Shown here: in pieces, positions 27,443 through 37,392 of the stretch
Layout: each line of letters begins with the position of its first letter
How positions within the stretch are numbered: position 1 is the stretch's first letter
IMG/VR virus record: IMGVR_UViG_650377933_000001
Location: 1 to 40,323 of that record
Length of the DNA stretch: 40,323 nucleotides
DNA from: a virus
Lineage: Duplodnaviria > Heunggongvirae > Uroviricota > Caudoviricetes
Direction: 5' to 3' (one strand)
Made by a program: the position numbers and the translations under genes
The notes under the pieces: model-generated
What the model was told of the DNA's origin: nothing
The model's input: only the letters and a program-made list of their open reading frames with translations
Database searches by the model: none

Positions 27443-28860
27443 TGCCGATTCAGCAACTTCCGCTTATGAAAGGTGTCGGCAAAGACTTTCGAAACGCCGA
27501 CTATATCGACTATCTGCCAGTTAATATGCTGGCTACACCCAAAGAAATCCTCAACAGCAGCGGATATCTTCGCTCATTCCCGGGCATTGCCAAACGTTCT
27601 GATGTGAACGGTGTATCTCGAGGCGTCGAGTACAACATGGCGCAGAATGCTGTTTATCGCGTGTGTGGTGGCAAACTGTATAAGGGCGAAAGTGAGGTCG
27701 GTGATGTTGCCGGAAGTGGTCGCGTATCAATGGCGCATGGTCGAACATCACAGGCGGTAGGCGTTAATGGTCAACTGGTCGAATACCGCTATGATGGCAC
27801 GGTTAAAACCGTCTCAAACTGGCCTACAGACAGCGGATTCACGCAGTATGAGTTAGGTTCTGTTCGTGACATTACGCGCTTACGTGGGCGTTATGCGTGG
27901 TCAAAAGACGGCACTGATTCATGGTTTATCACTGACCTTGAAGACGAATCGCATCCTGACCGTTACAGCGCACAATATCGTGCCGAGTCTCAGCCGGACG
28001 GCATCATCGGTATCGGGACATGGCGAGACTTCATCGTCTGCTTTGGTTCATCGACGATTGAATATTTCTCCCTGACGGGGGCAACCACCGTTGGTGCCGC
28101 TTTGTATGTCGCCCAGCCATCGCTGATGGTGCAGAAAGGCATTGCCGGGACTTACTGCAAAACGCCATTCTCTGATTCATATGCGTTCATCAGCAATCCG
28201 GCAACAGGTGCGCCGTCTGTGTACATCATCGGCTCCGGTCAGGTATCACCAATCGCCAGCGCGAGCATTGAGAAAATACTACGCTCCTACACTGCTGATG
28301 AACTGGGTGATGGCGTGATGGAGTCTCTGCGATTTGATGCGCATGAGTTGCTGATTATCCACCTGCCGCGCCACGTCCTCGTGTACGACGCATCTTCAAG
28401 CGCCAATGGTCCGCAATGGTGTGTGTTGAAAACTGGCTTGTATGATGATGTGTACCGCGCTATCGACTTCATTTACGAAGGAAATCAGATAACGTGCGGC
28501 GATAAGCTGGAATCGGTGACCGGGAAATTGCAATTCGATATCAGCAGTCAGTACGACAAGCAACAGGAACACCTGCTGTTTACTCCGTTGTTCAAAGCGG
28601 ATAACGCCAGGGTGTTTGACTTTGAGGTTGAATCGTCAACTGGCGTTGCGCAGTACGCCGACCGCCTTTTTCTCTCTGCAACCACTGACGGCATCAATTA
28701 CGGACGTGAGCAGATGATTGAGCAGAATGAACCGTTCGTTTACGACAAACGCGTTTTGTGGAAGCGAGTCGGGCGCATCAGGAAAAATGTCGGATTCAAA
28801 TTGCGTGTTATCACGAAGTCACCTGTCACTCTGTCTGGCTGCCAGATAAGGATTGAGTAA
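27442..28860 (+). CDS. Tail hub protein (P22 gp10 type)
   Basis: 472 aa in the gp4 to gp10 to gp26 order of P22. Confidence 0.8.
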   Translation: MPIQQLPLMKGVGKDFRNADYIDYLPVNMLATPKEILNSSGYLRSFPGIAKRSDVNGVSRGVEYNMAQNAVYRVCGGKLYKGESEVGDVAGSGRVSMAHGRTSQAVGVNGQLVEYRYDGTVKTVSNWPTDSGFTQYELGSVRDITRLRGRYAWSKDGTDSWFITDLEDESHPDRYSAQYRAESQPDGIIGIGTWRDFIVCFGSSTIEYFSLTGATTVGAALYVAQPSLMVQKGIAGTYCKTPFSDSYAFISNPATGAPSVYIIGSGQVSPIASASIEKILRSYTADELGDGVMESLRFDAHELLIIHLPRHVLVYDASSSANGPQWCVLKTGLYDDVYRAIDFIYEGNQITCGDKLESVTGKLQFDISSQYDKQQEHLLFTPLFKADNARVFDFEVESSTGVAQYADRLFLSATTDGINYGREQMIEQNEPFVYDKRVLWKRVGRIRKNVGFKLRVITKSPVTLSGCQIRIE

Positions 28861-29561
28861 TGGTTGATTCATCACTGAATGATCCTGTTGTGGTTCAGGC
28901 TACGCGCCTTGATGCTTCAATTTTGCCACGCAATATATTCAGCCAGTCTTACCTACTATATGTCATAAATCAGGGAGCTGATGTCGGTGCAATTGCCGGG
29001 AAGGCAAATCAGGCCGGTCAGGGCGCTTACGATGCCCAGGTAAAAAACGATGAACAGGATGTCGAACTGGCTGATCACGACGCAAGAATCACCGCAAACA
29101 CAAAAGCGATAAATCTACTTGAGGTCAGGTTAACAACTGCCGAAGGGAAGATAGTCGTACTGCGTAGCGATGTTGATTACTTGCTGGATGAGGTTATCGA
29201 TATTCAGGCGCATCTGGTCACTGTTGACCAAAGACTGGATGACGTAGAAAACGATGTCTCTGGCATTAAGAGTGATTACGTATCGAAAACCGTAACCGAA
29301 TTGCAGTCTCTTGAGTCACCGCTGGATGTAAAAACATCATATTCAGTTGATGGAATTCAGGTTGTTGGAGCAAGAAATACCGGATGGACTGCAGCCACAG
29401 GTACGCCACTTCTTGGCTCATTCAACGCTAACCAGTCATACACGGTCGGCACTACGTACACACAATCAGAAGTCGCAGCTCTCGCTACAGGTTTGCAGCA
29501 GGCGCGGCAGCGTATTCTGGCGCTTGAAACAGCACTTAGATTACATGGGCTGATTGACTGA
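28860..29561 (+). CDS. Tail needle protein (P22 gp26 type)
   Basis: 233 aa; N-terminus ...[30 protein letters not shown]... and C-terminus ...[36 protein letters not shown] match recalled P22 gp26. Confidence 0.85.
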   Translation: MVDSSLNDPVVVQATRLDASILPRNIFSQSYLLYVINQGADVGAIAGKANQAGQGAYDAQVKNDEQDVELADHDARITANTKAINLLEVRLTTAEGKIVVLRSDVDYLLDEVIDIQAHLVTVDQRLDDVENDVSGIKSDYVSKTVTELQSLESPLDVKTSYSVDGIQVVGARNTGWTAATGTPLLGSFNANQSYTVGTTYTQSEVAALATGLQQARQRILALETALRLHGLID

Positions 29562-30016
29562 TGATTACATTCAAACCAACGCGAAACATCGACCTGATCG
29601 AAGCAGTAGGAAATCACCCTGACATTATTGCCGGAAGCAACAACGGTGATGGATACGACTACAAGCCTGAATGCCGTTACTTTGAGGTTAACGTGCACGG
29701 TCAGTTTGGCGGCATTGTTTACTATCAGGAGATTCAGCCGCTGACATTCGATTGCCACGCCATGTACCTGCCAGAGGTTCGCGGATTCAGCAAGGAAATC
29801 GGTCTGGCGTTCTGGCGATACATTCTGACTAACACCACCGTTCAGTGCGTCACATCGTTCGCTGCACGCAAATTCCGCCACGGTCAGATGTACTGCGCAA
29901 TGATTGGCCTTAAGCGTGTAGGAACCATCAAGAAATACTTCAAAGGCGTGGATGACGTGACGTTTTACAGCGCCACACGCGAAGAACTAATCGACTTCCT
30001 GAATCACGGGAGATAG
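29561..30016 (+). CDS. Head-completion/ejection-associated protein (P22 gp14 position)
   Basis: 151-aa ORF in the gp14 slot; assignment by position rather than recognised sequence. Confidence 0.6.
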   Translation: MITFKPTRNIDLIEAVGNHPDIIAGSNNGDGYDYKPECRYFEVNVHGQFGGIVYYQEIQPLTFDCHAMYLPEVRGFSKEIGLAFWRYILTNTTVQCVTSFAARKFRHGQMYCAMIGLKRVGTIKKYFKGVDDVTFYSATREELIDFLNHGR

Positions 30017-30018
30017 CC

Positions 30019-30711
30019 ATGTTATATGCATTTAAGCTGGGCAGAAAACTGCGTGGCGAGGAACCTTATTGCCCTGAAAAAGGCGGGAAAGGTGGCAGTT
30101 CTGATAAAAGCGCAAAGTATGCAGCAGAAGCTCAGAAGTATGCCGCAGACCTGCAAAATCAGCAGTTCAACACCATCATGAACAACCTGAAGCCGTTTAC
30201 TCCTCTGGCTGATAAGTATCTCGGCAGCCTCGAGAACTTATCGTCTCTGGAGGGGCAAGGTCAGGCGCTAAACCAGTATTACAACTCTCAGCAGTACAAA
30301 GATCTTGCTGGTCAGGCTCGCTATCAGAGTCTGGCTGCAGCGGAAGCAACAGGTGGATTGGGTTCCACCGCAACCAGTAATCAGTTAGCAACAATCGCAC
30401 CAACGCTTGGTCAGCAATGGCTATCTGGACAAATGAACAATTACAACAACCTGGCAAATATCGGTCTTGGCGCTCTTCAGGGGCAGGCAAACGCCGGGCA
30501 AACATATGCCAACAACATGAGTCAGATTTCACAGCAAAGCGCGGCGCTGGCGGCGGCAAACGCCAACCGACCGTCAGCATTGCAGCAGGGTGTTAGTGGT
30601 GCTGCATCCGGTGCGCTTTTGGGTGGTGGCATAGCCAGTGCTCTCGAGCTATCAACTCCGTGGGGTGCTGGTATCGGTGCTGGTCTTGGTCTGCTTGGCT
30701 CGTTGTTTTAA
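30019..30711 (+). CDS. Ejection protein (P22 gp7 type)
   Basis: 230 aa, Gln/Ala/Gly-rich with a Gly-rich hydrophobic C-terminus, in the gp7 slot. Confidence 0.75.
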   Translation: MLYAFKLGRKLRGEEPYCPEKGGKGGSSDKSAKYAAEAQKYAADLQNQQFNTIMNNLKPFTPLADKYLGSLENLSSLEGQGQALNQYYNSQQYKDLAGQARYQSLAAAEATGGLGSTATSNQLATIAPTLGQQWLSGQMNNYNNLANIGLGALQGQANAGQTYANNMSQISQQSAALAAANANRPSALQQGVSGAASGALLGGGIASALELSTPWGAGIGAGLGLLGSLF

Positions 30712-30721
30712 GGGGTAATCA

Positions 30722-32071
30722 ATGGCTACGTGGCAACAGGGTATTAATTCTGGTGGTTTTCTGGCTGGAATTGGTGCGCAAAATGAGAATGCGCCAAAGG
30801 CAAGCGACATTAACGCAACGCTTGGTCTGATTCGCGAAAACAATGAACTGGCTCGCTCAGGTGCAAATAACGTTGGTCTGACCGCGTTACGTGGTCTGGC
30901 TGGAGTTGCTGATATTTACAATCAGGAACAGCAACAGAAAGCTATTAGTGCGTTCAATAAGGTTCACGCTGATGCATGGGCTTCTGGTGATCCATCTGGA
31001 CTATTTAAGTTTGCCCAGGAAAATCCAGCGTTTGTTGCACAGGCACAACAGGCGTTTTCCGGTCTTAATGAGCAGCAACGCAACGATATGGGCGATTTAG
31101 CCATGAGGGCTAACGTCGCTCTTTCCCAGGGACCGGAAGCCTACAGTAAATTCATTACTGACAACAAGGACAGGTTAAATCGCGTGGGGGCGAATGCTGA
31201 CTGGATGATTCAGACAGGTATCCAGAATCCAGAGCAGCTATCACACATGCTGACTACTATGTCTCTCGGTGCACTTGGGCCAGAAAAGGCTTTTGCTGTT
31301 CAGGATAAGATGGTTGGTCGCCAGCAGGAGCAGCAAAGAATTAACGAAACCATTCGCAATAATGACATGACGAATGCGAGGGCTATTAGGGGGCAGGATC
31401 TTTCCTATAAGGCTCAAATGGCAAGACTGAATCACGACAAGTATGTGTTTAAGCAGTCACAGGCGGCCCTTGAAAGAGCAGGACAACTTCAGGATATGGA
31501 TGTTTTGTCTCTTAACTCACAGATAGCAGCGACGGGAATTGATCCTCTAACCGGTAAAGCTGCAACGTCAGCCAGAATGTCTCAGGCTAAGAGATGGCTT
31601 GATGGCAACAATAATTACAACAATGCGTTGATTACTGGTGAGCGAGGGATAGAGAAAATTGATTCTTTGCTTGGTAAGAAGGAGCTTGAAGGTATCGGTC
31701 GCTTCGAAGGAAGAAATATAGATGGCTTCACAAGTGCTGAAGGGCTTGCAAACCGTAATGCGATAGAAGAATTAAAGTCGGGTGCGTTTGTCCAGAACGT
31801 GCAGACTATGCGAGGTATGGGTAGCCTCTCCAATGCTGAAGGCCAAAAACTGGAAAACCTGATCGCGAAACTCGATATAACACAGCCTGAAGAGGTCGTC
31901 AGAAAACAGTTATCTGAAATCCGATCGCAATATTCTGTATTTCAAAAGGTTGCAGCAAGGGAGGCTGAATCAATGGGATATAGTTCATCAGGTTATGACA
32001 CATATGTTAGTGAGCGAAAATCAGGAAGCGACAGCAATAAGTCCGGTTTCTCGTCTTTATGGGGTGATTAA
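30722..32071 (+). CDS. Ejection protein (P22 gp20 type)
   Basis: 449 aa in the gp20 slot. Confidence 0.7.
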   Translation: MATWQQGINSGGFLAGIGAQNENAPKASDINATLGLIRENNELARSGANNVGLTALRGLAGVADIYNQEQQQKAISAFNKVHADAWASGDPSGLFKFAQENPAFVAQAQQAFSGLNEQQRNDMGDLAMRANVALSQGPEAYSKFITDNKDRLNRVGANADWMIQTGIQNPEQLSHMLTTMSLGALGPEKAFAVQDKMVGRQQEQQRINETIRNNDMTNARAIRGQDLSYKAQMARLNHDKYVFKQSQAALERAGQLQDMDVLSLNSQIAATGIDPLTGKAATSARMSQAKRWLDGNNNYNNALITGERGIEKIDSLLGKKELEGIGRFEGRNIDGFTSAEGLANRNAIEELKSGAFVQNVQTMRGMGSLSNAEGQKLENLIAKLDITQPEEVVRKQLSEIRSQYSVFQKVAAREAESMGYSSSGYDTYVSERKSGSDSNKSGFSSLWGD

Positions 32072-34239
32072 TGGCTAAAGCATGGAAAGATGTTATCGCT
32101 TCTCCACAGTATCAGGCGTTAACTGAAGAACAGAAAGCACAGGCTCAAGCGCAATATTTTGATGAGGTTGTTGCCCCTAAGGCTGGTGACAAATGGGCTG
32201 AAGCAAGAGATCAGTTTTATGCAGCATACCCTCCGCATCAGCAGAAGAAAGAAGAACCATCATTGATGCAACAAGCTGGCGATTGGCTCACAGGTGGTCA
32301 AAGTGCAGGGCAAATTGCAGAACAGGCTGGTCGTGGTCTGGTAAACATACCATTTGACGTATTGCAGGGTGGCGCAAGTCTGATTAATGCAATCAGCCAG
32401 GGGCTTGGTGGCCCCAAGGTTTTGGATGATGTTTATCGTCCTGTCGATCGACCTACAGACCCTTACGCGCAAGCCGGTGAAACAATTGGTGGGTATCTCC
32501 TGCCAATTGGCACAGCGGCAAAAGCTGCTGGAGCGCCAGCAAAGCTCGCTGGAGATATCGGTTCCGCAGGAAACATGATTGCAGGTTCTCTTGCTGATGC
32601 TGCAAATCAGGAGGGCGACTTTGCACAAAATGCTGCCATTAACGGTGGTATCAATATTGGTGCTCAGGGGATACTTTCTGGGGCTGGAAGGATCTTAACC
32701 TCTAAATCACCTCAAGTTCTTGGTGGCGGGGCAATAAATTCCGCTGCTGATGTTTCGAAAATGGCAAAGTCTGGTACAGGAAGAGAGATTATTGCCAGAC
32801 AGTCAGCTAATGTGTCAGACGAAATAGCAAAAGCAGCAGATACTGCTGGAATAGATATCAACGCATTAACTCCTGGCATGAGATCAGGTAGTCGTGGTCT
32901 TGCTCAGGCGGAGGGGATTCTGGCGTCAAAGCCCGGAATTACACAGGATGCACACACCAAAGCATTCAGTGAAATAGAGTCGAAATTTAACTCAGCATTG
33001 GATGAGTTTGGGGCTGAAGCAGGAACTGCATCAGAAAAAAGTGCAGCCATAAAACAAAGGGTTTTGGCAAGTATTGATAAAATGAAAAATTCAGAAAAGG
33101 CCGCATGGGATAGCGTCCGCTCCACGATGCCTGACGCAAAGGCCAGAATGTCAAACCTGAACGCTACAATTCAGGGTGATATTTTGGCTGGCATGCCGCT
33201 AACTCCTGAGATGAAACAATTCGCATCTGCTTATGCTAAAACTGGTAAAAAAGGAATCACGTTTGATGCCATGAAGGCATGGCGAAGTAAACTTGCTGAC
33301 GCAGAGCAGAAGTATATAAGGTCTGGTGAGGCAAATACGGCAAGGCGCATGGCTGAGCTTCGTGATGCAGCAACGGAAGATATGCGCATAATGGCTCAAA
33401 ATGGCGGTTTTCTTGATGACTGGCAAAAAGCTAATGATCTGTCAAAGGCAAGATTTACAGCACAAGAACAGGCTGAAGCAGCGTTTGGTAGAGACCTTGC
33501 AACTGATCAGTTGGTAACTAATGGATCTAAGGCGTTGCAGGGTTCAGCAAAAAGTGGAACAGGTCAGTTCCATAAAATAATAAGCGCCCTACCTGAGTCG
33601 GAACGCGCGCCAGCAATTGCATCAATATTACAAGATGCGGTATCGCAAGGGGTACGCGGAGGTAAGTCTGAAGAGGCTGGAATTAAGCATATCGCGACTA
33701 TTCTTACCCCACAAAACGTGAAGGCAATTAGTCGATATTCTCCAGAGCTTGGTAGGATTGCTAGGGGGTTTGGAGAACTTGCAAGAGCAGCAACAAAGCC
33801 ACTTCGATATGTTGAACAAACAGGGCGCTCTATGCCAGCCATTAGCACTCTTGAGAATGGCCTTCATCCAGTTTTAGAGAGCGTATTGTCTGGCGCTTTT
33901 CCAACCGCTGGCGCTATCGCAGGGTTCTCTGGAGGAGGTGTTATTGGAGCAATAGTGGGTGGCGCTGCAGGTGGAGCAATTGATGCAATAGCAAAAGGAT
34001 CGATAGCGAAATTATCCGCAACCAGAAGTGGTCGTTACGCTATTGAAAAGGCTGTTCAAGAGGCGACAAAGGCAGTTAAAGTTGGGGCAAGTGATGGCGC
34101 ATTAGCGGCGGCGGAACGCAGATTTATGGCAAATAAGGCCGCCGTAAAAGCAATTCGCGATGCACTAGGAAACGAAGAGTTCCAGCGTTTGTCGAGGGCT
34201 GGGATTGTGGCATCGCTAAGCGGAATGACACAGGAGTAA
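32071..34239 (+). CDS. Ejection protein (P22 gp16 type, 722 aa)
   Basis: Largest ejection-module ORF in the gp16 slot; Ala/Gly-rich segments; I recall P22 gp16 as shorter, so this may carry an extension. Confidence 0.65.
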   Translation: MAKAWKDVIASPQYQALTEEQKAQAQAQYFDEVVAPKAGDKWAEARDQFYAAYPPHQQKKEEPSLMQQAGDWLTGGQSAGQIAEQAGRGLVNIPFDVLQGGASLINAISQGLGGPKVLDDVYRPVDRPTDPYAQAGETIGGYLLPIGTAAKAAGAPAKLAGDIGSAGNMIAGSLADAANQEGDFAQNAAINGGINIGAQGILSGAGRILTSKSPQVLGGGAINSAADVSKMAKSGTGREIIARQSANVSDEIAKAADTAGIDINALTPGMRSGSRGLAQAEGILASKPGITQDAHTKAFSEIESKFNSALDEFGAEAGTASEKSAAIKQRVLASIDKMKNSEKAAWDSVRSTMPDAKARMSNLNATIQGDILAGMPLTPEMKQFASAYAKTGKKGITFDAMKAWRSKLADAEQKYIRSGEANTARRMAELRDAATEDMRIMAQNGGFLDDWQKANDLSKARFTAQEQAEAAFGRDLATDQLVTNGSKALQGSAKSGTGQFHKIISALPESERAPAIASILQDAVSQGVRGGKSEEAGIKHIATILTPQNVKAISRYSPELGRIARGFGELARAATKPLRYVEQTGRSMPAISTLENGLHPVLESVLSGAFPTAGAIAGFSGGGVIGAIVGGAAGGAIDAIAKGSIAKLSATRSGRYAIEKAVQEATKAVKVGASDGALAAAERRFMANKAAVKAIRDALGNEEFQRLSRAGIVASLSGMTQE

Positions 34240-34334
34240 TTAGTCGTCCACGGATGGATTGATCTTATCTCGTGCTTCACATTTGAATGGTTTGTCATTA
34301 GGATGTTTCCGGTTTTTTAGATATGGAAATTGAT

Positions 34335-34754
34335 ATGAAGAGGATTATTAGCGTCGTTGCTGGCGCTATCATGTTATCTGGGTGCGCAACTATTGTTGGT
34401 GATGAAACGCAACTTGTGCAAGTGAACAGCAACCCTTCCGGTGCGAGCTTTAAGGTAAAAGATGAATCAGGCGTGATTGTTGCGCAAGGCAAGACTCCAC
34501 AAGGAGTAACTCTTGCCAAGTCAGATGGTAGTTATTTTGGCAAAAAGAGCTACCAGATCACTATGGAAAAGGATGGGTACGAACCAGTTACCCTGCCAAT
34601 CAAAGCCAATGCTAATGGTTGGTATATTGGTGGAAACCTTGTGTTTGGTGGGTTAATTGGTTGGCTTGCTGTAGATCCTTTTAATGGTGGGATGTATACA
34701 TTGAAGCCAAAAGAGGCAAATGCATCTCTTATACCTTCTACGAAGCAAGATTAA
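34335..34754 (+). CDS. Putative lipoprotein (139 aa), lysogenic-conversion or exclusion candidate
   Basis: Signal peptide with lipobox MKRIISVVAGAIMLSGC; followed by a strong intrinsic terminator, so probably expressed as its own unit. Confidence 0.6.
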   Translation: MKRIISVVAGAIMLSGCATIVGDETQLVQVNSNPSGASFKVKDESGVIVAQGKTPQGVTLAKSDGSYFGKKSYQITMEKDGYEPVTLPIKANANGWYIGGNLVFGGLIGWLAVDPFNGGMYTLKPKEANASLIPSTKQD

Positions 34755-34761
34755 GAAATGA

Positions 34762-34787
34762 AACCCACCGTCAGGTGGGTTTTTTAT
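34762..34787 (+). terminator. Rho-independent terminator after the lipoprotein gene
   Basis: AACCCACC-GTCA-GGTGGGTT followed by TTTTTAT. Confidence 0.6.
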
Positions 34788-34798
34788 AAGGAGAAATC

Positions 34799-34984
34799 AT
34801 GACCATAGAAGAACGCCTGAACAACATTGAGTTGAACCAAACCCTGCTTGACCAGCGACTTTCAGATCTTGAGCTTAAAGATCTTGATGCGCAAATATCA
34901 GAAGCAGAAGCCAAGCTCTCCAGCTTAAACCACCGCAAGAAGCAAATCCGCAACAGAATTACTCAGGGACGCGGAAGCTGTTGA
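34799..34984 (+). CDS. Small hypothetical coiled-coil protein (61 aa)
   Basis: AAGGAG RBS 5 nt upstream of ATG; 3' end overlaps the convergent 34959-35168 ORF by 26 nt. Confidence 0.35.
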   Translation: MTIEERLNNIELNQTLLDQRLSDLELKDLDAQISEAEAKLSSLNHRKKQIRNRITQGRGSC

Positions 34985-35168
34985 GGTGGGATGCTAGGTC
35001 TCTATCGTTAAAATCAAGGCTGCTAATCATTTCATTGTAAATGGCGTTTTTATCTTCCATTGGCAGTCTTGAGTAAACCAGACACAGAGCATATTTCAGG
35101 GAGTTTAGCTCTTTCTCTAGCTCTTCCTTGCTTGACGTTGTTGACTTAATAAACTGTTTTTTATTCAT
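34959..35168 (-). CDS. Small hypothetical protein (69 aa) translationally coupled to mnt
   Basis: ATG overlaps the mnt stop (ATGA); no family recognised. Confidence 0.4.
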   Translation of the reverse strand: MNKKQFIKSTTSSKEELEKELNSLKYALCLVYSRLPMEDKNAIYNEMISSLDFNDRDLASHLNSFRVPE

Positions 35169-35416
35169 TTTGCATCCTTACCATACATGGTCTTTAGCGT
35201 CTCAACATCGTGTTCAAGATCTATCAATCGTGATGCTATAGTTGCAAGGTCTAGTGCTTGAATGTGTTTATTTTTTTCGGTCCACGCTTCAAGTGCCGCG
35301 ACCATCTCAGCATTTAATGAACGAGAATTAGCCTCAGCCAGTTCAATAAGACGTTCCTTTATCTCTACAGGAAGCCTCAGATTCACTTGAGGGTTTTTGT
35401 ACTTACGATCAGACAT
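35165..35416 (-). CDS. mnt: Mnt-like ribbon-helix-helix repressor (83 aa)
   Basis: N-terminal ...NPQVNLRLPVEIKERLIELAEANSRSLNAEMVAAL fits the Arc/MetJ/Mnt RHH pattern; same length as P22 Mnt; divergent from arc/ant as in P22 immI. Confidence 0.7.
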   Translation of the reverse strand: MSDRKYKNPQVNLRLPVEIKERLIELAEANSRSLNAEMVAALEAWTEKNKHIQALDLATIASRLIDLEHDVETLKTMYGKDAK

Positions 35417-35419
35417 CGG

Positions 35420-35520
35420 CGCATCCTGAATAATTTTTTACCACAGGATATGTAGGTATCTATTGACTATCAATGCGTACCTAAATACTATGTATGCGTA
35501 CCACATACAACGGAGGATGC
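35420..35520. promoter_or_regulatory. immI-like control region: candidate Pant promoter and Arc/Mnt operator repeats
   Basis: -35 TTGACT (35463-35468), 17-nt spacer, -10 TACTAT (35486-35491); palindrome ATTGACTATCAAT; direct repeat ATGCGTACC x2; inverted GTATG...CATAC. Confidence 0.5.
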
Positions 35521-35521
35521 A

Positions 35522-35662
35522 ATGAAGGTAAAAACACTGCGTATGCCAGAGAAGCTAGAAAAAATTCTTGAAGAAAAAGCAAAGGAAGAGTGTCGCTCAT
35601 TCAGCGCAGAAGTAATTAAACGGGTGCTGGACAGCCTGAGGAGAGAGGGGATAACGGTGTGA
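35522..35662 (+). CDS. arc: Arc-like ribbon-helix-helix repressor (46 aa)
   Basis: Manual translation MKVKTLRMPEKLEKILEEKAKEECRSFSAEVIKRVLDSLRREGITV; GGAGGA RBS; beta-strand then two helices typical of RHH; precedes ant. Confidence 0.55.
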   Translation: MKVKTLRMPEKLEKILEEKAKEECRSFSAEVIKRVLDSLRREGITV

Positions 35663-35760
35663 TTCGCTTGGATGCGGCAAAGAAATCAAAACAGTGAAGC
35701 CCCAACTGCGGGAACAGTCAGGGCTTCGGTATCGTAAAACCACGCATAGGAATTAACGAC

Positions 35761-36684
35761 ATGACGAGTGTAGCAATTGCAGAACATACAATCAACGTTC
35801 CATTCCACGGAACAAATCTCTTTTTGGTCAGCATTAACAATGAACCTTACGTTCCTATGAAACCCGTTGTAGAAGGCATGGGTATGGTTTGGGCTGCTCA
35901 ATTTGTTAAATTAAAACAGAGATTTGTCAAAGGTATTTCGGAAATCGAAATACCTTCTGCTGGCGGTAAACAGTTAATGATATGCCTTGCCTTTCGTAAG
36001 TTTGCGGCTTGGCTTTCAAGCATTCAGCCTAACAAAGTCCGCCCTGAAATCCGCGACAAGGTAATCCGGTATCAGGAAGAGTGTGACGATGTGCTCTACG
36101 AGTACTGGACTAAAGGTCATGTAGTTAACCCACGCAAAGCTAAAAAGGCGTTGCCGGGTAAAATCACCACTGAACAGCAGGAAGCCATTAAACAACTCGT
36201 CATGAGTCGCGGTCAGTCTCTGCCAAAGGAAAAACAGGCTAAGGCGATGATCACCATGTGGTCGTCACTGAAATCCCATTTTGGATGTTCATACAAAGAA
36301 ATCAGTGAGGAGCAGTTTACCGAAGCACTGTCACTTGCAGCTCGAGTTCCGCTTGAAGGTGAGTTCATTGGCAAACAAGAGAAGAAAACCAACGAGCTTT
36401 CTGCAAAAGAAGCAAACAGCCTTGTATGGTTATGGGATTATGCCAACCGCTCACAGGCATTATTCCGCGAACTGTATCCGGCATTAAAACAAATTCAATC
36501 GAACTATTCCGGCAGATGCTACGACTACGGTCATGAATTCTCGTATGTTATCGGAATGGCGAGAGACGTTTTAATCAATCACACACGAGATGTTGATATC
36601 AATGAGCCAGACGGACCAACGAATCTTTCCGCATGGATGAGACTTAAGAATAAAGAATTACCTCCTTCAGTACATAACTACTGA
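35761..36684 (+). CDS. ant: Antirepressor Ant (307 aa)
   Basis: Large ORF downstream of arc in the P22 immI arrangement; followed by an intrinsic terminator. Call rests mainly on synteny and size. Confidence 0.7.
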   Translation: MTSVAIAEHTINVPFHGTNLFLVSINNEPYVPMKPVVEGMGMVWAAQFVKLKQRFVKGISEIEIPSAGGKQLMICLAFRKFAAWLSSIQPNKVRPEIRDKVIRYQEECDDVLYEYWTKGHVVNPRKAKKALPGKITTEQQEAIKQLVMSRGQSLPKEKQAKAMITMWSSLKSHFGCSYKEISEEQFTEALSLAARVPLEGEFIGKQEKKTNELSAKEANSLVWLWDYANRSQALFRELYPALKQIQSNYSGRCYDYGHEFSYVIGMARDVLINHTRDVDINEPDGPTNLSAWMRLKNKELPPSVHNY

Positions 36685-36702
36685 CAGATAACCAACGCAA
36701 CG

Positions 36703-36727
36703 ACCCAGCTTCGGCTGGGTTTTTTTA
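36703..36727 (+). terminator. Rho-independent terminator after ant
   Basis: ACCCAGC-TTCG-GCTGGGT followed by TTTTTTTT. Confidence 0.6.
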
Positions 36728-36794
36728 TGCTCAAAATTCACCGTAGCCATGCTGCGGCGATTCCTTGTATCTGGAGCAAATTAAATGACAGACA

Positions 36795-37304
36795 TTACCT
36801 ACCATGATTCTCATGATAACCATAGGTCTTTTCAGCCTCACGCCTTACAGCAATTGCATCATCGAGACTCTTAAAGTATCCGAGATTAATGCGCTTCCCT
36901 GCGTCGCTAATATATGCCACCCACTTTTTATGGGTCTTATGCCATGAAACCCCAGCGCACCCAGATGTATTGTTTGTGTATTTAGATTTGTTTTTTAGGT
37001 TTTCACCGAGACTAACTAGACGCAGGTTGTCTATTGAATTATTTAACCCGTTACCATCTTTATGGTCAATTTGCATTCCGGAAGGGATTTCACCATAAAA
37101 CATTTCCCATATTATCCTATGGGCGGCGTATATTTTATCTTGATACCTAATAATTATATAAGAGGTTTTCCTGTTCTTGTCCTTGAATATATGTCCTGCA
37201 GGCTTTTCTTTAGAGATATTAAACATTTTGGGTCTTGAAAGATATTGGTCACTCCAGTACAGGAGTCCATCGTCTTTTAATACGAATACTTCGTTCCAGT
37301 TCAT
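36795..37304 (-). CDS. HNH homing endonuclease with C-terminal AP2-like DNA-binding domain (169 aa)
   Basis: Start at MNWNEVFVLK with AAAGGTGG RBS; HNH motif ...QIDHKDGNGLNNSIDNLRLV...; C-terminal ...SGCAGVSWHKTHKKWVAYI...GYF...AIAVRREAEKTYGY resembles AP2 domains. The longer track ORF runs antisense into the tailspike start. Confidence 0.75.
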   Translation of the reverse strand: MNWNEVFVLKDDGLLYWSDQYLSRPKMFNISKEKPAGHIFKDKNRKTSYIIIRYQDKIYAAHRIIWEMFYGEIPSGMQIDHKDGNGLNNSIDNLRLVSLGENLKNKSKYTNNTSGCAGVSWHKTHKKWVAYISDAGKRINLGYFKSLDDAIAVRREAEKTYGYHENHGR

Positions 37305-37392
37305 GTTAACCACCTTTAAATAAAGTGCACTCATTATACAAAAAAACATGCTAGCAATGAATATTGCTGGCTTAACATATAGAGAAATTAAA

